DNA of 34,720 bases from Candidatus Moraniibacteriota bacterium (lineage in GTDB: Bacteria > Patescibacteriota > Minisyncoccia > Moranbacterales > UBA1568): NCBI GenBank assembly GCA_963743885.1, contig CAVURJ010000002.1:1-34720 (forward strand), in the 5' to 3' direction. The first letter of the stretch is position 1, and each line of letters opens with the position of its first letter. Positions 1 to 9,804 of this stretch are shown here, piece after piece. The translations under genes and the position numbers were made by a program. The notes under the pieces were generated by a model. It was not told the DNA's origin. It searched no databases and saw only the letters and a program-made list of their open reading frames with translations.

Positions 1-609
1 AGGGTGACGGCGAGGTCCTCCTGCGCTTCGGCATCGCGTTCACGATCGATGGCAGGCGGTCAGTCCGGACGCCGAGATCGGTTTGAACCGTCCGGCGGAC
101 ACGCAGTCGGCGTGGGTGGTCAACGTCCAGGAACTCGCGGACGTCGAAGATCGAGCCTGCCGTACAGGCGGCGAATGGGGCACAGCGTTGTGCTGAGCTG
201 GCTGGTCGCTGATCTTCTGTGTGGCGCTGGGCGGATAGCCGGCGGGGCGTCGACCCCGATTCGGCCGCGGGCGAGCAGGGACTGGGGTCCGTGGCCGGGC
301 AATGTCGCCCTGCTGATCGGGGCGGTGCTGATCGGCGGGCTCGCAGGGGTAATGGTGGCAGGGTTCACGCTCCTGCTCTAGTCGCCCGACCGGAACGTCA
401 GGCCCCGGACGCTCTGCTCTCGTGGCGCTCGGGCTCATTGTGCTGGCGGTGGTCTTCACCGCCCCCCCTCGGGCCATCGCTCGCGCCGCTCTTACTTCGG
501 ATGGGCCGGGGCGAGAGAGACGGCGCATGCTGCCGGTCGACTGGCAGCAGTGGTATTGCTTGTCGCCCTGGTCCTGTTCGGCCGATCAGAGCGCGTCGTG
601 GTCGACCGC

Positions 610-1585
610 TTAGTCAGGTCCGCTTCCGGCTTCGAGCCAATGGTTCAGCACGCGATGAATGCAGTTGCTCGAGCACGCCGACATCGTCGGCCAGGAGGCT
701 TCGGTCCTTGCCGCGGTTTGGGCGGGAAGGGCGGGATAGGGATTCCTCCCCGATTGAGTCGACCGAGGGCAAGAGCACGTGTCGACCGGTGGCATGGGGC
801 ACCATTGATCATCCTTGTCGGAGTCCCGCCGGCAGTCGGTTGGCGACGGATAGCGGCCGAGACCTCCGGTGCTGCCGACGTCTCAACCGACAACCGGGGA
901 GGCGTAGGGAAAGGGGTCGACGTCGAGGTCTGGTGAGAGGAATCGCCTCCCCGATGGGTCCCGGATGAGGTCTTCAGGCAGAAGTACGTGAAGAGATGTG
1001 ATCGGAAGATCTCTTGCCACTGAGAAAGGTGATGGCCGTACGGGCGGCCCCGAGGTAGTCGGTGGCACAAGGTATGGATTTAATCCCGGTGGGACGGGGT
1101 TGGTCGTTCGCTCAATGGCGACTTTCATGTGGATGATGCCCGATTGAGCCCCGGCTCGGACCATGTGCCGAGTAGTTGAATCAGACCTGTCTCGACCGGG
1201 TCGCGGAGGATGGCCACCGATGAACCGGTGACTCAGTCGGGAGGTCGTTCGCGATTCGATGAGCCACCGAAGTCGAGTACAGGTATGAGGGGGTGCTGTT
1301 TCCTCTGGCCATCACCGACCGGGATCTCTTGAAGAAGGTGCCGAGTAGTAGGTGGTTCCTTGGCGTAGAGGTGGGGATCCAAGAAGTGGGTACGTCTCCT
1401 TGACCTTTGCACGTCGATCTGATGATGGTCGGCCAAAGTCCGGTCAGGGTGGTGGAGCCCGACTTTGCCGCGCCAATCACGAAGAAGTTGGGTAGCGGTC
1501 CGACGTTGGGGTCTGGCGAGACCCACATCTGATCATCGGTGGCAGCGGAGTAGTTCCGGCCGAGCCCGGTGGCGCGCCGTTCCAC
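610..1585 (-). pseudogene. Sulfotransferase-family protein with a reading frame broken several times
   Basis: ORF 1181..1585 carries the PAPS-loop-like motif PNFFVIGAAKSGSTTL. Later sulfotransferase-like pieces (GNSTPSYLYS, HFLDPHLYAKEP, YGHHLSQWQEIF, LLPEDLIRDP, LLADDVGVLEQL) sit in other minus-strand frames (ORFs 1233..1526, 645..1070, 883..1164, 614..805). Confidence 0.4.
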
Positions 1586-1599
1586 CAGGTCGGTGTCCG

Positions 1600-2352
1600 C
1601 CAGACGTCGGTGTGGTGATCAACCTTGCTCTTTCGGGATCGCGTCGCTGATAGATCGGCGTTGCCAGCGCAATCACGCCTTGGGACAGCAAGTGCAGGCC
1701 GTCGAACGCTCGTAGCAACTCGGGTCGACCGTCGAGGCTCGTGCGACGTTCGAAGGGTAGTTCCCGTTTGCCGTCCGCGAGCAACGCGGGTTCGGGTGAT
1801 GTAGATCGTCCCAGGCCGTTCGGCGACGTGGTCGACGCATACCTGGTTCATGTCTTGAACGTAAGGCCGGTCTCGGCGATCACGTTCAACCAGCCAGCGT
1901 GGCCAGTCGGCGGAAGCCGACCCACACCACCTCGGCGCCGGAATGGGTCACGGCGTTCAGCGCCGGTTCAGGAGGTCGAGTGGAGTAGCGGCTCACCCAG
2001 TCGTCCTCTGTGTGGCGGGAGCGCTGCGTGATGATCCTGTGCTCCATCAGGCGGCCATTATGATCACGACGACTTCGGGATCGAAGGTCTCCGGCTGGTT
2101 GCGAATCAGCCGAGGGGTTGTCCAATACGAACCCCGTCGAGGCTGCCAGGAGGAATTGGACCGACGCGGTGCCCTGCGCCTCGAGGGCCGGGACAATTGC
2201 CTGCCTGCGACAACTGGTTCATTACCGAGTCCCCGAGGAGCAGGACCCCAGAGGAATCCGTGCCGACACGGTTCGGAAATCCGCTTGGCGCTGACATGAC
2301 CTTCTGCCCACAGGCGATGAGGCACAGAGCAGCGAGGGCCACGAGCCGCCGT
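1600..2352 (-). pseudogene. SGNH/GDSL-type hydrolase lipoprotein (DUF459-like), frame-disrupted
   Basis: A lipoprotein-like signal (RRLVALAALCLIACGQ) is followed by VLLLGDSVMNQL (the GDS block). FDPEVVVIIM, GAEVVWVG and FDGLHLLSQG blocks are found in three different minus frames (ORFs 2106..2918 tail, 2047..2358, 1886..2125, 1533..1784). The boundaries are approximate. Confidence 0.35.
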
Positions 2353-2410
2353 ACCCATTGCCCTGTGGATTGACGACGAGGCGTTCGCAACTTACGATGT
2401 CTGACCAGGA

Positions 2411-2994
2411 TCACTCGGTCTTCGGCTTGCCGGCGGCCTTCTTGGCCTTCTTCCAGGCCCGGACGTCGAGCAGGTCGGCCTCGGAGCCGATGTCGGCCAC
2501 GGAGCGGGGCTGGTCGTCGGCGAAGGGGCCGGCGACGGCCTCCCAGCCCTCGGGGGCCCGGCCGAAGCGCTTGCCGAGCAGGGCGATGAAGATCATCGAC
2601 TTCTCCTCGCCGAAGCCGGGCAGGGCGTTGACCCGCGCCGAGAGGTCCTGCGGCGTCGGCCGCCCCCTCCCACACGTCGGCGGCGTCGCCGTGGTGGTGC
2701 TCCACGAGGTGCTCGCACAGGGCGTGGGCCCGCTTGCCCATGGAGCCGGGGAAGCGGTGCAGGGCCGGCTTCCGGCTGAACAGCTCGGCCACCACGTCGG
2801 GGCCCATGGCGGCGATCTCGGCGGCGTCCAGGCGACCGCCGAGGCGCTCGCGGAGGCGGGCCGGGCCCCGGAAGGCCCACGCCATCGGCACCTGCTGGTC
2901 GAGCAGCATCCCCAGCATGCAGGGCCAGCGGATCGTCGATGAGGAGCTGGTCGTCCTCGGGGTTGCCGGTGATGGGGAAGGTCGGCTCGGCCAT
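2411..2994 (-). pseudogene. HhH-GPD-type base-excision-repair family protein, frame-disrupted
   Basis: The protein has to be assembled from three minus frames. [25 protein letters not shown] comes from the tail of ORF 2593..4356. [19 protein letters not shown]...[30 protein letters not shown] comes from ORF 2106..2918. The C-terminus [12 protein letters not shown]...AWKKAKKAAGKPKTE comes from ORF 2411..2596. Confidence 0.5.
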
Positions 2995-3022
2995 GGAATC
3001 GGAAGCTACCGCCCGCGGCGGC

Positions 3023-5761
3023 CTAGTGGGTCCACGGCGGGGCGCTCTCGGGGTCGAGGTCGTAGCGGGCGATGGCGTCGGCGACGACCGCCGGCGTCGA
3101 CGGCGCCGTCGGCGGCCAGGCCGGCGAGCACGGCCACCACGACGTGGGCGGCGTCGGTCTCGAAGAAGCGGCGCAGCGTCTCGCGGGTGTCGCTGCGGCC
3201 GAAGCCGTCGGTGCCGAGCGCAGGACCACGGCCGCGGGCGACCAGCGGGCGACCTGGTCGGGCACGGCCCGCATGAAGTCGGTGACGGCCACGACCGGGC
3301 CCGGCGCCCTCGGCCAGCCGCTCGGTGACCAGCGGCGTGCGGGGGTCGTCGGCCGGGTGGAGGCGGTTCCAGCGCTCGACGGCCAGGGCCTCCTCCCGGA
3401 GGCGCTTGTAGGAGGTGGCCGACCACAGGTCGACGCCGACGTCGTAGTGCTCGGCCAGCTCGGCCTGCGCGGCCCGGGCCGCGCCCTGGGCCGAGCCGGA
3501 GAAGAGCACGGTCGCCGGGTGCGTCGGGCCCTCGGGGGCCGCGGCGCAGCGGTAGAGGCCCTCGAGGATGCCGTCGTCGACGCCCTCGGGCTTCGGCGGC
3601 ATGGCGTAGTTCTCGTTGTAGACGGTCAGGTAGTAGAAGACGTCCTCGCCCGGCGGCGTCGCCGCCCGGGTACATGCGGTGGATGCCGTCCTGGACGATC
3701 GCCGCCATCTCGTAGGCGAAGGCCGGGTCGTAGGCCTCGCAGGCGGGCACGGTGGAGGCCAGCACGAGGCTGTGGCCGTCCTGGTGCTGGAGGCCCTCGC
3801 CCAGCAGGGTGGTGCGCCCGGCGGTGGCGCCCGAGCAGGAAGCCCCGGGCCCGGGCGTCGGCGGCGGCCCAGATGAGGTCGCCCACCCGCTGGAAGCCGA
3901 ACATCGAGTAGAAGATGAAGAAGGGCAGCATCGGCACGCCCCGGTTGGCGTAGGAGGTGGCCGCGGCGGTCCAGCTGGCCAGCGCGCCGGCCTCGGTGAT
4001 GCCCTCCTCGAGGATCTGGCCGTCCCGGTCCTCGGTGTAGGAGAGCAGCAGGGCGTGGTCGACCGGCTCGTAGAGCTGGCCGAGCGGGGCGTAGATCTCG
4101 AACTCCCGGAACAGGGAGTCCATGCCGAAGGTGCGGGCCTCGTCGGGGACGATCGGCACGACCCGGGGCCCGAGGCACTCGTCGCGGGCCAGGTTCCGCA
4201 GCAGGCGGGTGAAGGCCATGGTGGTGGAGGCCGCCTGCTTGCCGGAGCCGGCGGCGAACTCGTCGAAGACCGATGGCGGCGGGCAGCTTCAGCGGCCGCC
4301 GGTCGCGCACCACCCGGCTGGGCAGCGGCGCCGTCGAGGGCCTGGCGCCGCTCCATCAGGTAGCTGGTACTCGACGGAGTCCTCGGCCGGGCGGAAGTAC
4401 GGGGGGGCGCTCGGCGTCGAGGGCGTCCTCGGGGATCTCCTCGTGCAGGTGGAGGCGGTCCCGCAGCGCCTGCAGCTGCTCGTTGGTCATCTTCTTGATC
4501 TGGTGGGTGGCGTTGCGGCCCTCGACGCCGGGGCCGAGCGTCCAGCCCTTGACCGTCTTGGCCAGGATCACCGTGGGCGCCCCCGTCTGCTCGGTGGCGG
4601 CCTTGTAGGCGGCGTAGAGCTTGCGGTAGTCGTGGCCGCCGCGGGGCAGGTTGCGGAGGTCGTCGTCGGAGAGGTGGTCGACCAGGTCCGCGCAGGCGGG
4701 GGTCGGGGCCGAAGAAGTGCTCGCGGATGTAGGCGCCGTCCTCGACGGCGTAGCGCTGGAACTCGCCGTCGACGGTCGTCGTTCATCTTGTTGACGCAGC
4801 ACGCCGTCGACGTCCTGGGCCAGCAGCTCGTCCCAGCGGCGAGCCCCAGATGACCTTGATCACGTTCCAGCCCGCGCCCCGGAAGATGGCCTCGAGCTCC
4901 TGGATGATCTTGCCGTTGCCCCGCACCGGGCCGTCGAGGCGCTGGAGGTTGCAGTTGACGACCCAGGTGAGGTTGTCGAGGCCCTCGCGGGCGGCCAGGG
5001 AGATGGCGCCGAGGGTCTCGGGCTCGTCGACCTCGCCGTCGCCGACGAAGCACCACACCCGCGACGCCGCTGGTGTCGTCGATGCTGGCGGTTCTGGAGG
5101 TAGCGGTTGAACCGGGCCTGGTAGATGCGAGTTGATCGGGCCGAGGCCCATCGAGACCGTGGGGTACTCCCAGAAGTCCGGCATCGAGCCGGGGGTGCGG
5201 GTAGCTGGACAGGCCGCCGCCGCCGATCTCGCGGCGGAAGCGGTCGAGCTGGTCCTCGGTCAGGCGGCCCTCGAGGAAGGCCCGGGCGTAGATGCCGGGG
5301 GCGGCGTGGCCCTGGATGTAGACGGCGTCGCCGGACTGGCCGTCGTCCTTGCCCCGGAAGAAGTGGTTGAAGCCCGACCTCGTAGAGGGCGGCGGACGAG
5401 GCGAAGGTCGAGAGGTGGCCGCCGATGCCGTCGGCCTTCTTGTTGGCCCGGATCACCATGACCGCGGCGTTCCAGCGGATGAAGGCCCGGATGCGGCGCT
5501 CGATGTCCTCGTCGCCGGGGAACCAGGGCTCCTGTTCGGCCGGGATGGTGTTGATGTAGGGCGTCGAGACCGACGCCGGGGTGCCGACGCCGAGCTGGCG
5601 GGCGCGTTCGAGCAGCCTTGGACAGCAGGAAGCGGGCCCGGGCCTCGCCCTGGGCGCCCACCACCGCGTCCAGGGAGTCCAGCCACTCCTGGGTCTCCTG
5701 CGGGGTCGGTGTCGGGCAGCTGGTGCACGTACCCGTCGATGAAGGTCACATCTGTCACCAT
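3023..5761 (-). pseudogene. aceE: Pyruvate dehydrogenase E1 component (homodimeric AceE type), split across all three minus-strand frames about ten or more times
   Basis: Colinear AceE-like peptide blocks are scattered over ORFs 5453..5761 ([20 protein letters not shown]), 5260..5664, 4860..6287 ([33 protein letters not shown]), 4783..5184 ([18 protein letters not shown]; [51 protein letters not shown]), 4356..4802, 3626..4219, 2593..4356, 3006..4313 and 3023..3292 (C-terminal [13 protein letters not shown]). Confidence 0.8.
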
Positions 5762-6826
5762 GCCCCGGATGCCGACGATCGTCTACACCGATGGTGCCTG
5801 TTCGGGGAACCCCGGACCGGGGGGCTGGGCCTGGGTGGTCCCCGACGGCCCCTTCGCCAGCGGCGCCGATGCCCACACGACCAACCAGCGCATGGAGATC
5901 GAGGCCGCCACCGAGGCCCTCTACGCCATCGACGGGCCGGTGACCGTGGTCAGCGACTCCACCTACGTCGTGCACTGCTTCACCAAGAAGTGGTACGTGG
6001 GCTGGAAGGCCAAGGGCTGGAAGAACGCGCAAGAAGGAGGACGTGGCCAACCAGGACCTGTGGCGACCCCTGATCGACCACGTGCTGGAGCGGGACAACG
6101 TGACCTGGCAGTGGGTGAAGGGCCACAGCGGCGACGAGTGGAACGACGTGGCCGACCGTCTCGCCGTCGAGGCCGCGGCCACCCAGCAGGGGCGGTCGGG
6201 GGACCGGCCGCCCGAGGTGCTCGGGGTGGCCGACGCGGTCGGGCCTGGGGTCGTGGGCGCCGCCGGAGACCGAGGCGCCGTCGGCACCCGCCGCGAAGGG
6301 CCCGGCGGCGAACCGACCGACGGGTCACCTGGTGGCGGTGTTCGGCCACCGGCCCCCGGAGCTGGGGGGCTATGAGCCCAACTTCCTGCAGGCCGCGGTG
6401 CAACGCCGGCTGGGGGACATCCTCGATGCGCAGCGGATGCTCGACGAGGACCTGGTCCTGCTCACCGGCCTCCAGCTCGGCGCCGAGCAGCTGGCGGCCG
6501 AGGCCGCGGTCGACCGCGGCGTGCCCTTCGTCGTCGTCCAGCCCTTCCCGGACCCGGACAGCAAGTGGCCGTCGTCCAGCCGGGCGGCGTACCGGCAACT
6601 GCTCGACCAGGCCCGTGAGGTCGTGCTCCTCCAGAAGAAGGCCGTGCGCAGCCCGGGCGACGTCCGCCGGGCGATGGGCCAGCGGGACGCCTGGCTGACC
6701 CGGGCCGCGGATGCCGCCGTGGTCGTGTGGGACGGCAAGGACAGCCTCCTGGCCAAGCAGGTGAAGGCCCTGGAGCAGGAGGTCGGCGACGAGGTCTGGA
6801 TCGTCGACCCCGGGGAGCTGGCCTGA
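5760..6826 (+). pseudogene. rnhA: RNase HI fused to a C-terminal YpsA/DUF1273-like (SLOG superfamily) domain, with two frame breaks (about 6040 and 6330)
   Basis: The RNase H motifs [31 protein letters not shown] and VVSDSTYVV lie inside ORF 5349..6698. [20 protein letters not shown] lies in ORF 6043..6375. [14 protein letters not shown]...VVVWDG lies in ORF 6332..6826. Confidence 0.6.
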
Positions 6827-6859
6827 CCGAACCGTCCGGCCTGGTCGGCCGGCAGGGGG

Positions 6860-7352
6860 TCAGTGGAAGTGCAGGGCCCGCAGGGTGGCGTGGGCGGCGT
6901 TGATCTCCGCCATGCGGTTGCGGCCGATCTCCTGGGCGGTCGGCGAGTAGTCGACCAGCCGGTCGGGGTGGTACTGCTTGGCCAGTGTCCGGTGGGCCCG
7001 GGTGACGGCCTCCCAGTCGGCCCCGATGTCGACCTGCAGCACGAGGTGGGCCGAGTCGAGGTCCATGCCGCCCGGTACGTCGAGGTCGGCTTCGACCTTC
7101 TCCTCGACGGGGGGCGGCGGTGGGGGAGCCTGGTCCTCGAAGAGCGACTCGGCCGTCCAGTAGTCGGCGAACTGCGAGTCCGGGCGGCGGCGGGGGTGGG
7201 TCGTCCTCGTGCTGAGGACCCCGGGGGACGCCGGCCACCTCCTCACGGGCGGCCCACCAGGCGTGCTCGTCCTCGCTGAGGTCGGCGTGTCGGTCGTCGA
7301 GATCGTCCTCCGCGCGCCGGAAGAGGCGGCCCCGCCTCCCGGTGGTGGTCAT
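6860..7352 (-). pseudogene. J-domain (DnaJ-like) protein, one frame break near 7210
   Basis: The C-terminal J domain (AHRTLAKQYHPDRL) is in ORF 6860..7246. The N-terminus MTTTGRRGRLFRRAEDD...AWWAAREE is in the frame of ORF 6462..7805, starting at ATG 7352. Confidence 0.5.
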
Positions 7353-7407
7353 GAGTCCCTTATCGGCCGCCGGGACCCGGCCTTGACGACGGGTACATTC
7401 CGCACGG

Positions 7408-7806
7408 ATGCGGATCGGGTCGGACACCGGGGGCACCTTCACCGACCTGGTGGACGAGCGGGGCCGCGTGGCCAAGGTCCTCTCGACCCCGTCGGACCCC
7501 ACCGAGGCCGTCCGGGCGGGGATCGCCGAGCTCCGGGCCCGCCGCGTCGACCTGCTGGCCCACGGCACCACCGTGGCCACCAACGCCCTGCTCGAGGGGA
7601 CCCTGGCCGAGACCGCCCTGGTCACCACCACGGGCTTCGCCGACGTCATCGAGATCGCCCGCCAGGACCGTCCCCGCCTGTATGACCAGTGGGCCGACCG
7701 ACCGCCGCCCCTGGTCGAGCGTTCGCTGCGGCTCGAGGTGGACGGTCGGCTGGCTGCCTCCGGCGAGGAGATCGAGGCCGTCGGGGAGGTCCCCGAGATC
7801 CCCAAG
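7408..7806 (+). pseudogene. Hydantoinase/oxoprolinase (HyuA-type) N-terminal fragment, truncated at the composition break
   Basis: The sequence MRIGSDTGGTFTDLV...LAHGTTVATNALLEG is typical of this family. The GC-rich coding sequence stops abruptly at about 7805, and the ORF then runs into AT-rich repeat DNA. Confidence 0.6.
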
Positions 7807-7810
7807 AATC

Positions 7811-7912
7811 AGCACCAAGTTCCAATAAATCTCAAATACAAAATTTGAAACGTTTTGAAATTATTATTTTGATATTGTAATTTGTTTGGAAATTGAGATT
7901 TTGGATTTGTTA
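7811..7912. repeat. AT-rich palindromic intergenic repeat, copy a
   Basis: The left arm is agcaccaagttccaataaatctcaaat. The right arm tttggaaattgagattttggatttg (7885..7909) matches 24837..24861 and is the reverse complement of motifs at 23537.. and 28829... Confidence 0.7.
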
Positions 7913-7923
7913 TTTATTTTGTT

Positions 7924-8160
7924 ATGGGTGTAAAGCGAATCACAATTTGCCACAAACGTAACGATTGTATCGGCTGCGGATCATGTGCGATGATTTCGCC
8001 GGATCGTTTCGTGATGAGCGCTGCCGATGGAAAGGCTGATCTCCGGGATGGGCAGTGGCATGGAGAGGAATTTATGGTGGCCAAGATTGATGAGGATGAA
8101 TACGATTTGAATAAACAAGCCGCCGACGCCTGCCCGGTCGGGATTATTAGATTGGATTGA
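7924..8160 (+). CDS. Small single-cluster ferredoxin
   Basis: The 78-aa ORF has a CIGCGSC...ACP cysteine pattern and is followed by a terminator. Confidence 0.7.
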   Translation: MGVKRITICHKRNDCIGCGSCAMISPDRFVMSAADGKADLRDGQWHGEEFMVAKIDEDEYDLNKQAADACPVGIIRLD

Positions 8161-8184
8161 TACCGGAAAAATTCACCACAAAAC

Positions 8185-8210
8185 AAAAACGCCATCTGGG
8201 CGTTTTTTTA
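8185..8210 (+). terminator. Rho-independent terminator
   Basis: The hairpin aaaaacgcc-atctg-ggcgttttt is followed by a T run. Confidence 0.65.
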
Positions 8211-8324
8211 TTTTGGCTTTATACTGGAAGTGTAGTCAACAAAAATAAAAAATGGACAATAAGAAAATTCCTACCAGTATCGGAACTATCGTACTCGTCA
8301 TCATTGCCGTGACAGTTTTTTTGT

Positions 8325-9677
8325 TTGTGTGGGTGTACTGAAAAAGGACAAGAAAAAACTTTGTCACTAATAACAAATAATCTTCAAAAACAGCCAGTGC
8401 AGTCTTCTGCTCTTTGCAATGATCCTCAACAGAAGGCTGCTGATACAAAATCAGCAATAGCCCAAACAACGCAAACGCCAGACGAAGAATACATAAGCGA
8501 TACGCACGATATATCAGCAGAAAAGAAAGCTCTCAATAAAATCAACATTGATAAAGCGACTCCGGAATCACTCGTGGTCGATATTTATAACGCAATTTTT
8601 AAATCAAATAATAACATCAATACAACTATAGGACAGTATGATTGTGTTAATTGGAAAATTAAAGATGATATCAGTTTCGGTTTTGACGGATGGAGAATAT
8701 TGACTGTTCGCCCAAGTCTTTCAACCATAAACGATGACGTCGATATACTGAAAGATTTTTTTGTAAATAACGGCTTTTCAAAGAGTAAAAATAACACCAA
8801 TTCAAATCTAAAAGGAATGGATGGGCTCAGTATTCCTGGCGAAACATTTGGTTTTGAAAAAGATGACTTCAAATGCTCATTCGGATGGAGCGAGGCGACA
8901 TCTGATCCAAATCCTAAAAATTTAAAAAAGGATTATTTTAATCTCTCATGCGCCAAATACACGTCACAAGACCAAGAAACATTTCAGACATTTCTTGGAG
9001 TATTTGGAACCGGAACTACGAAATATTTTTGCGTCAAAAAACAAGATGGTAATTTTTCCAAAGGATTAATGTCGTGGGCAGCATGGTATGGGAAAAAAAT
9101 ACATGGCGATTGGAAAATTATTTGGAGTGGCCAAGATATCCCGCCATGTTCGGAAGTAACTGATTTCCCTCACGACATAGTAGACAGCTGTTATGATAAA
9201 GAAGATGGGGGAGAGAAGGTGTTTTCAGATGACAAATCAGACCCGATTATATATAAAGAAAGAACGTCCATATACACAAACAATGTACATGGATTTGAAT
9301 TCAAATATCCACAAGGACTTTCAGTTGCAAAGGGTTCGACCGACGATGTCCTTGGCTTGAGCGATAATTCAAGCGATCCATGGATAATTAAGGTCACTGT
9401 TTCTGAAAATACAGATGATCTTTCTCTCGAGCAGGCTTTCGGTGAGGAATTGGATAGATACCAAAAATCCGCACCGAAGAGTGTTATTATCAATACAGAT
9501 ACTCGTATTAATGGGAAACCAGCCAAAAAATTCTCAATTGTTAATTCTCACGATGATAGAAATGCCGCAGTAGTTTTTATTAATGGTAAAAATGTAATAA
9601 CAATATACGGCAATGATTCGACTATGTTTCTAAGAACAATTCTCGAAACCGTGCTTTATTCCTTTAAATCTATATAG
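8325..9677 (+). CDS. Secreted or membrane-anchored protein of unknown function; its N-terminal anchor (8252..8341) lies in a different frame
   Basis: This is a 450-aa ORF. Upstream, ATG 8252 encodes MDNKKIPTSIGTIVLVIIAVTVFLFVWVY followed by TGA, almost identical to the N-terminus of the next gene. It shares a YxxxxxGFEFKYPQ block with ORF 9805..10506. It is visibly more AT-rich than its neighbours. Confidence 0.6.
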   Translation: MCGCTEKGQEKTLSLITNNLQKQPVQSSALCNDPQQKAADTKSAIAQTTQTPDEEYISDTHDISAEKKALNKINIDKATPESLVVDIYNAIFKSNNNINTTIGQYDCVNWKIKDDISFGFDGWRILTVRPSLSTINDDVDILKDFFVNNGFSKSKNNTNSNLKGMDGLSIPGETFGFEKDDFKCSFGWSEATSDPNPKNLKKDYFNLSCAKYTSQDQETFQTFLGVFGTGTTKYFCVKKQDGNFSKGLMSWAAWYGKKIHGDWKIIWSGQDIPPCSEVTDFPHDIVDSCYDKEDGGEKVFSDDKSDPIIYKERTSIYTNNVHGFEFKYPQGLSVAKGSTDDVLGLSDNSSDPWIIKVTVSENTDDLSLEQAFGEELDRYQKSAPKSVIINTDTRINGKPAKKFSIVNSHDDRNAAVVFINGKNVITIYGNDSTMFLRTILETVLYSFKSI

Positions 9678-9804
9678 GCCCTAGCTTCATTCTAGGGTCT
9701 CAGCTAATATCTTAAAAGAAACATCGATCAAGATGCTTCTTTTATTTTTACTGACTTTTGAGTATACTAAACAGTATAAATAGAAGGATAAAAATAAAAA
9801 TCGT

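Noticed and set aside
1-600. ORFs 4..381, 40..528 and 219..968 at the left edge as genes.
   Set aside because: They have no recognisable motif. Their compositions are typical of high-GC noise, and frame breaks are likely here as elsewhere in this block. I left the region unannotated.
2593-7805. Very long ORFs in the GC-rich block: 2593..4356 (587 aa), 4860..6287 (475 aa), 5349..6698 (449 aa) and 6462..7805 (447 aa).
   Set aside because: Their translations are mostly Arg/Pro/Ala/Gly-rich low-complexity sequence, typical of out-of-frame or antisense reading of high-GC DNA. Only short stretches within them match real proteins (AceE, RNase H, J-domain). I therefore used them only as carriers of frame-shifted gene fragments.
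8336-8345. UGA recoding (genetic code 25) or prfB-like programmed +1 frameshifting at TAC-TGA-A.
   Set aside because: Reading TGA as sense runs into a TAA after about 13 codons. Other genes in the block (ferredoxin, dus and others) terminate with TGA. There is also no slippery codon or upstream SD-like stimulator comparable to prfB.
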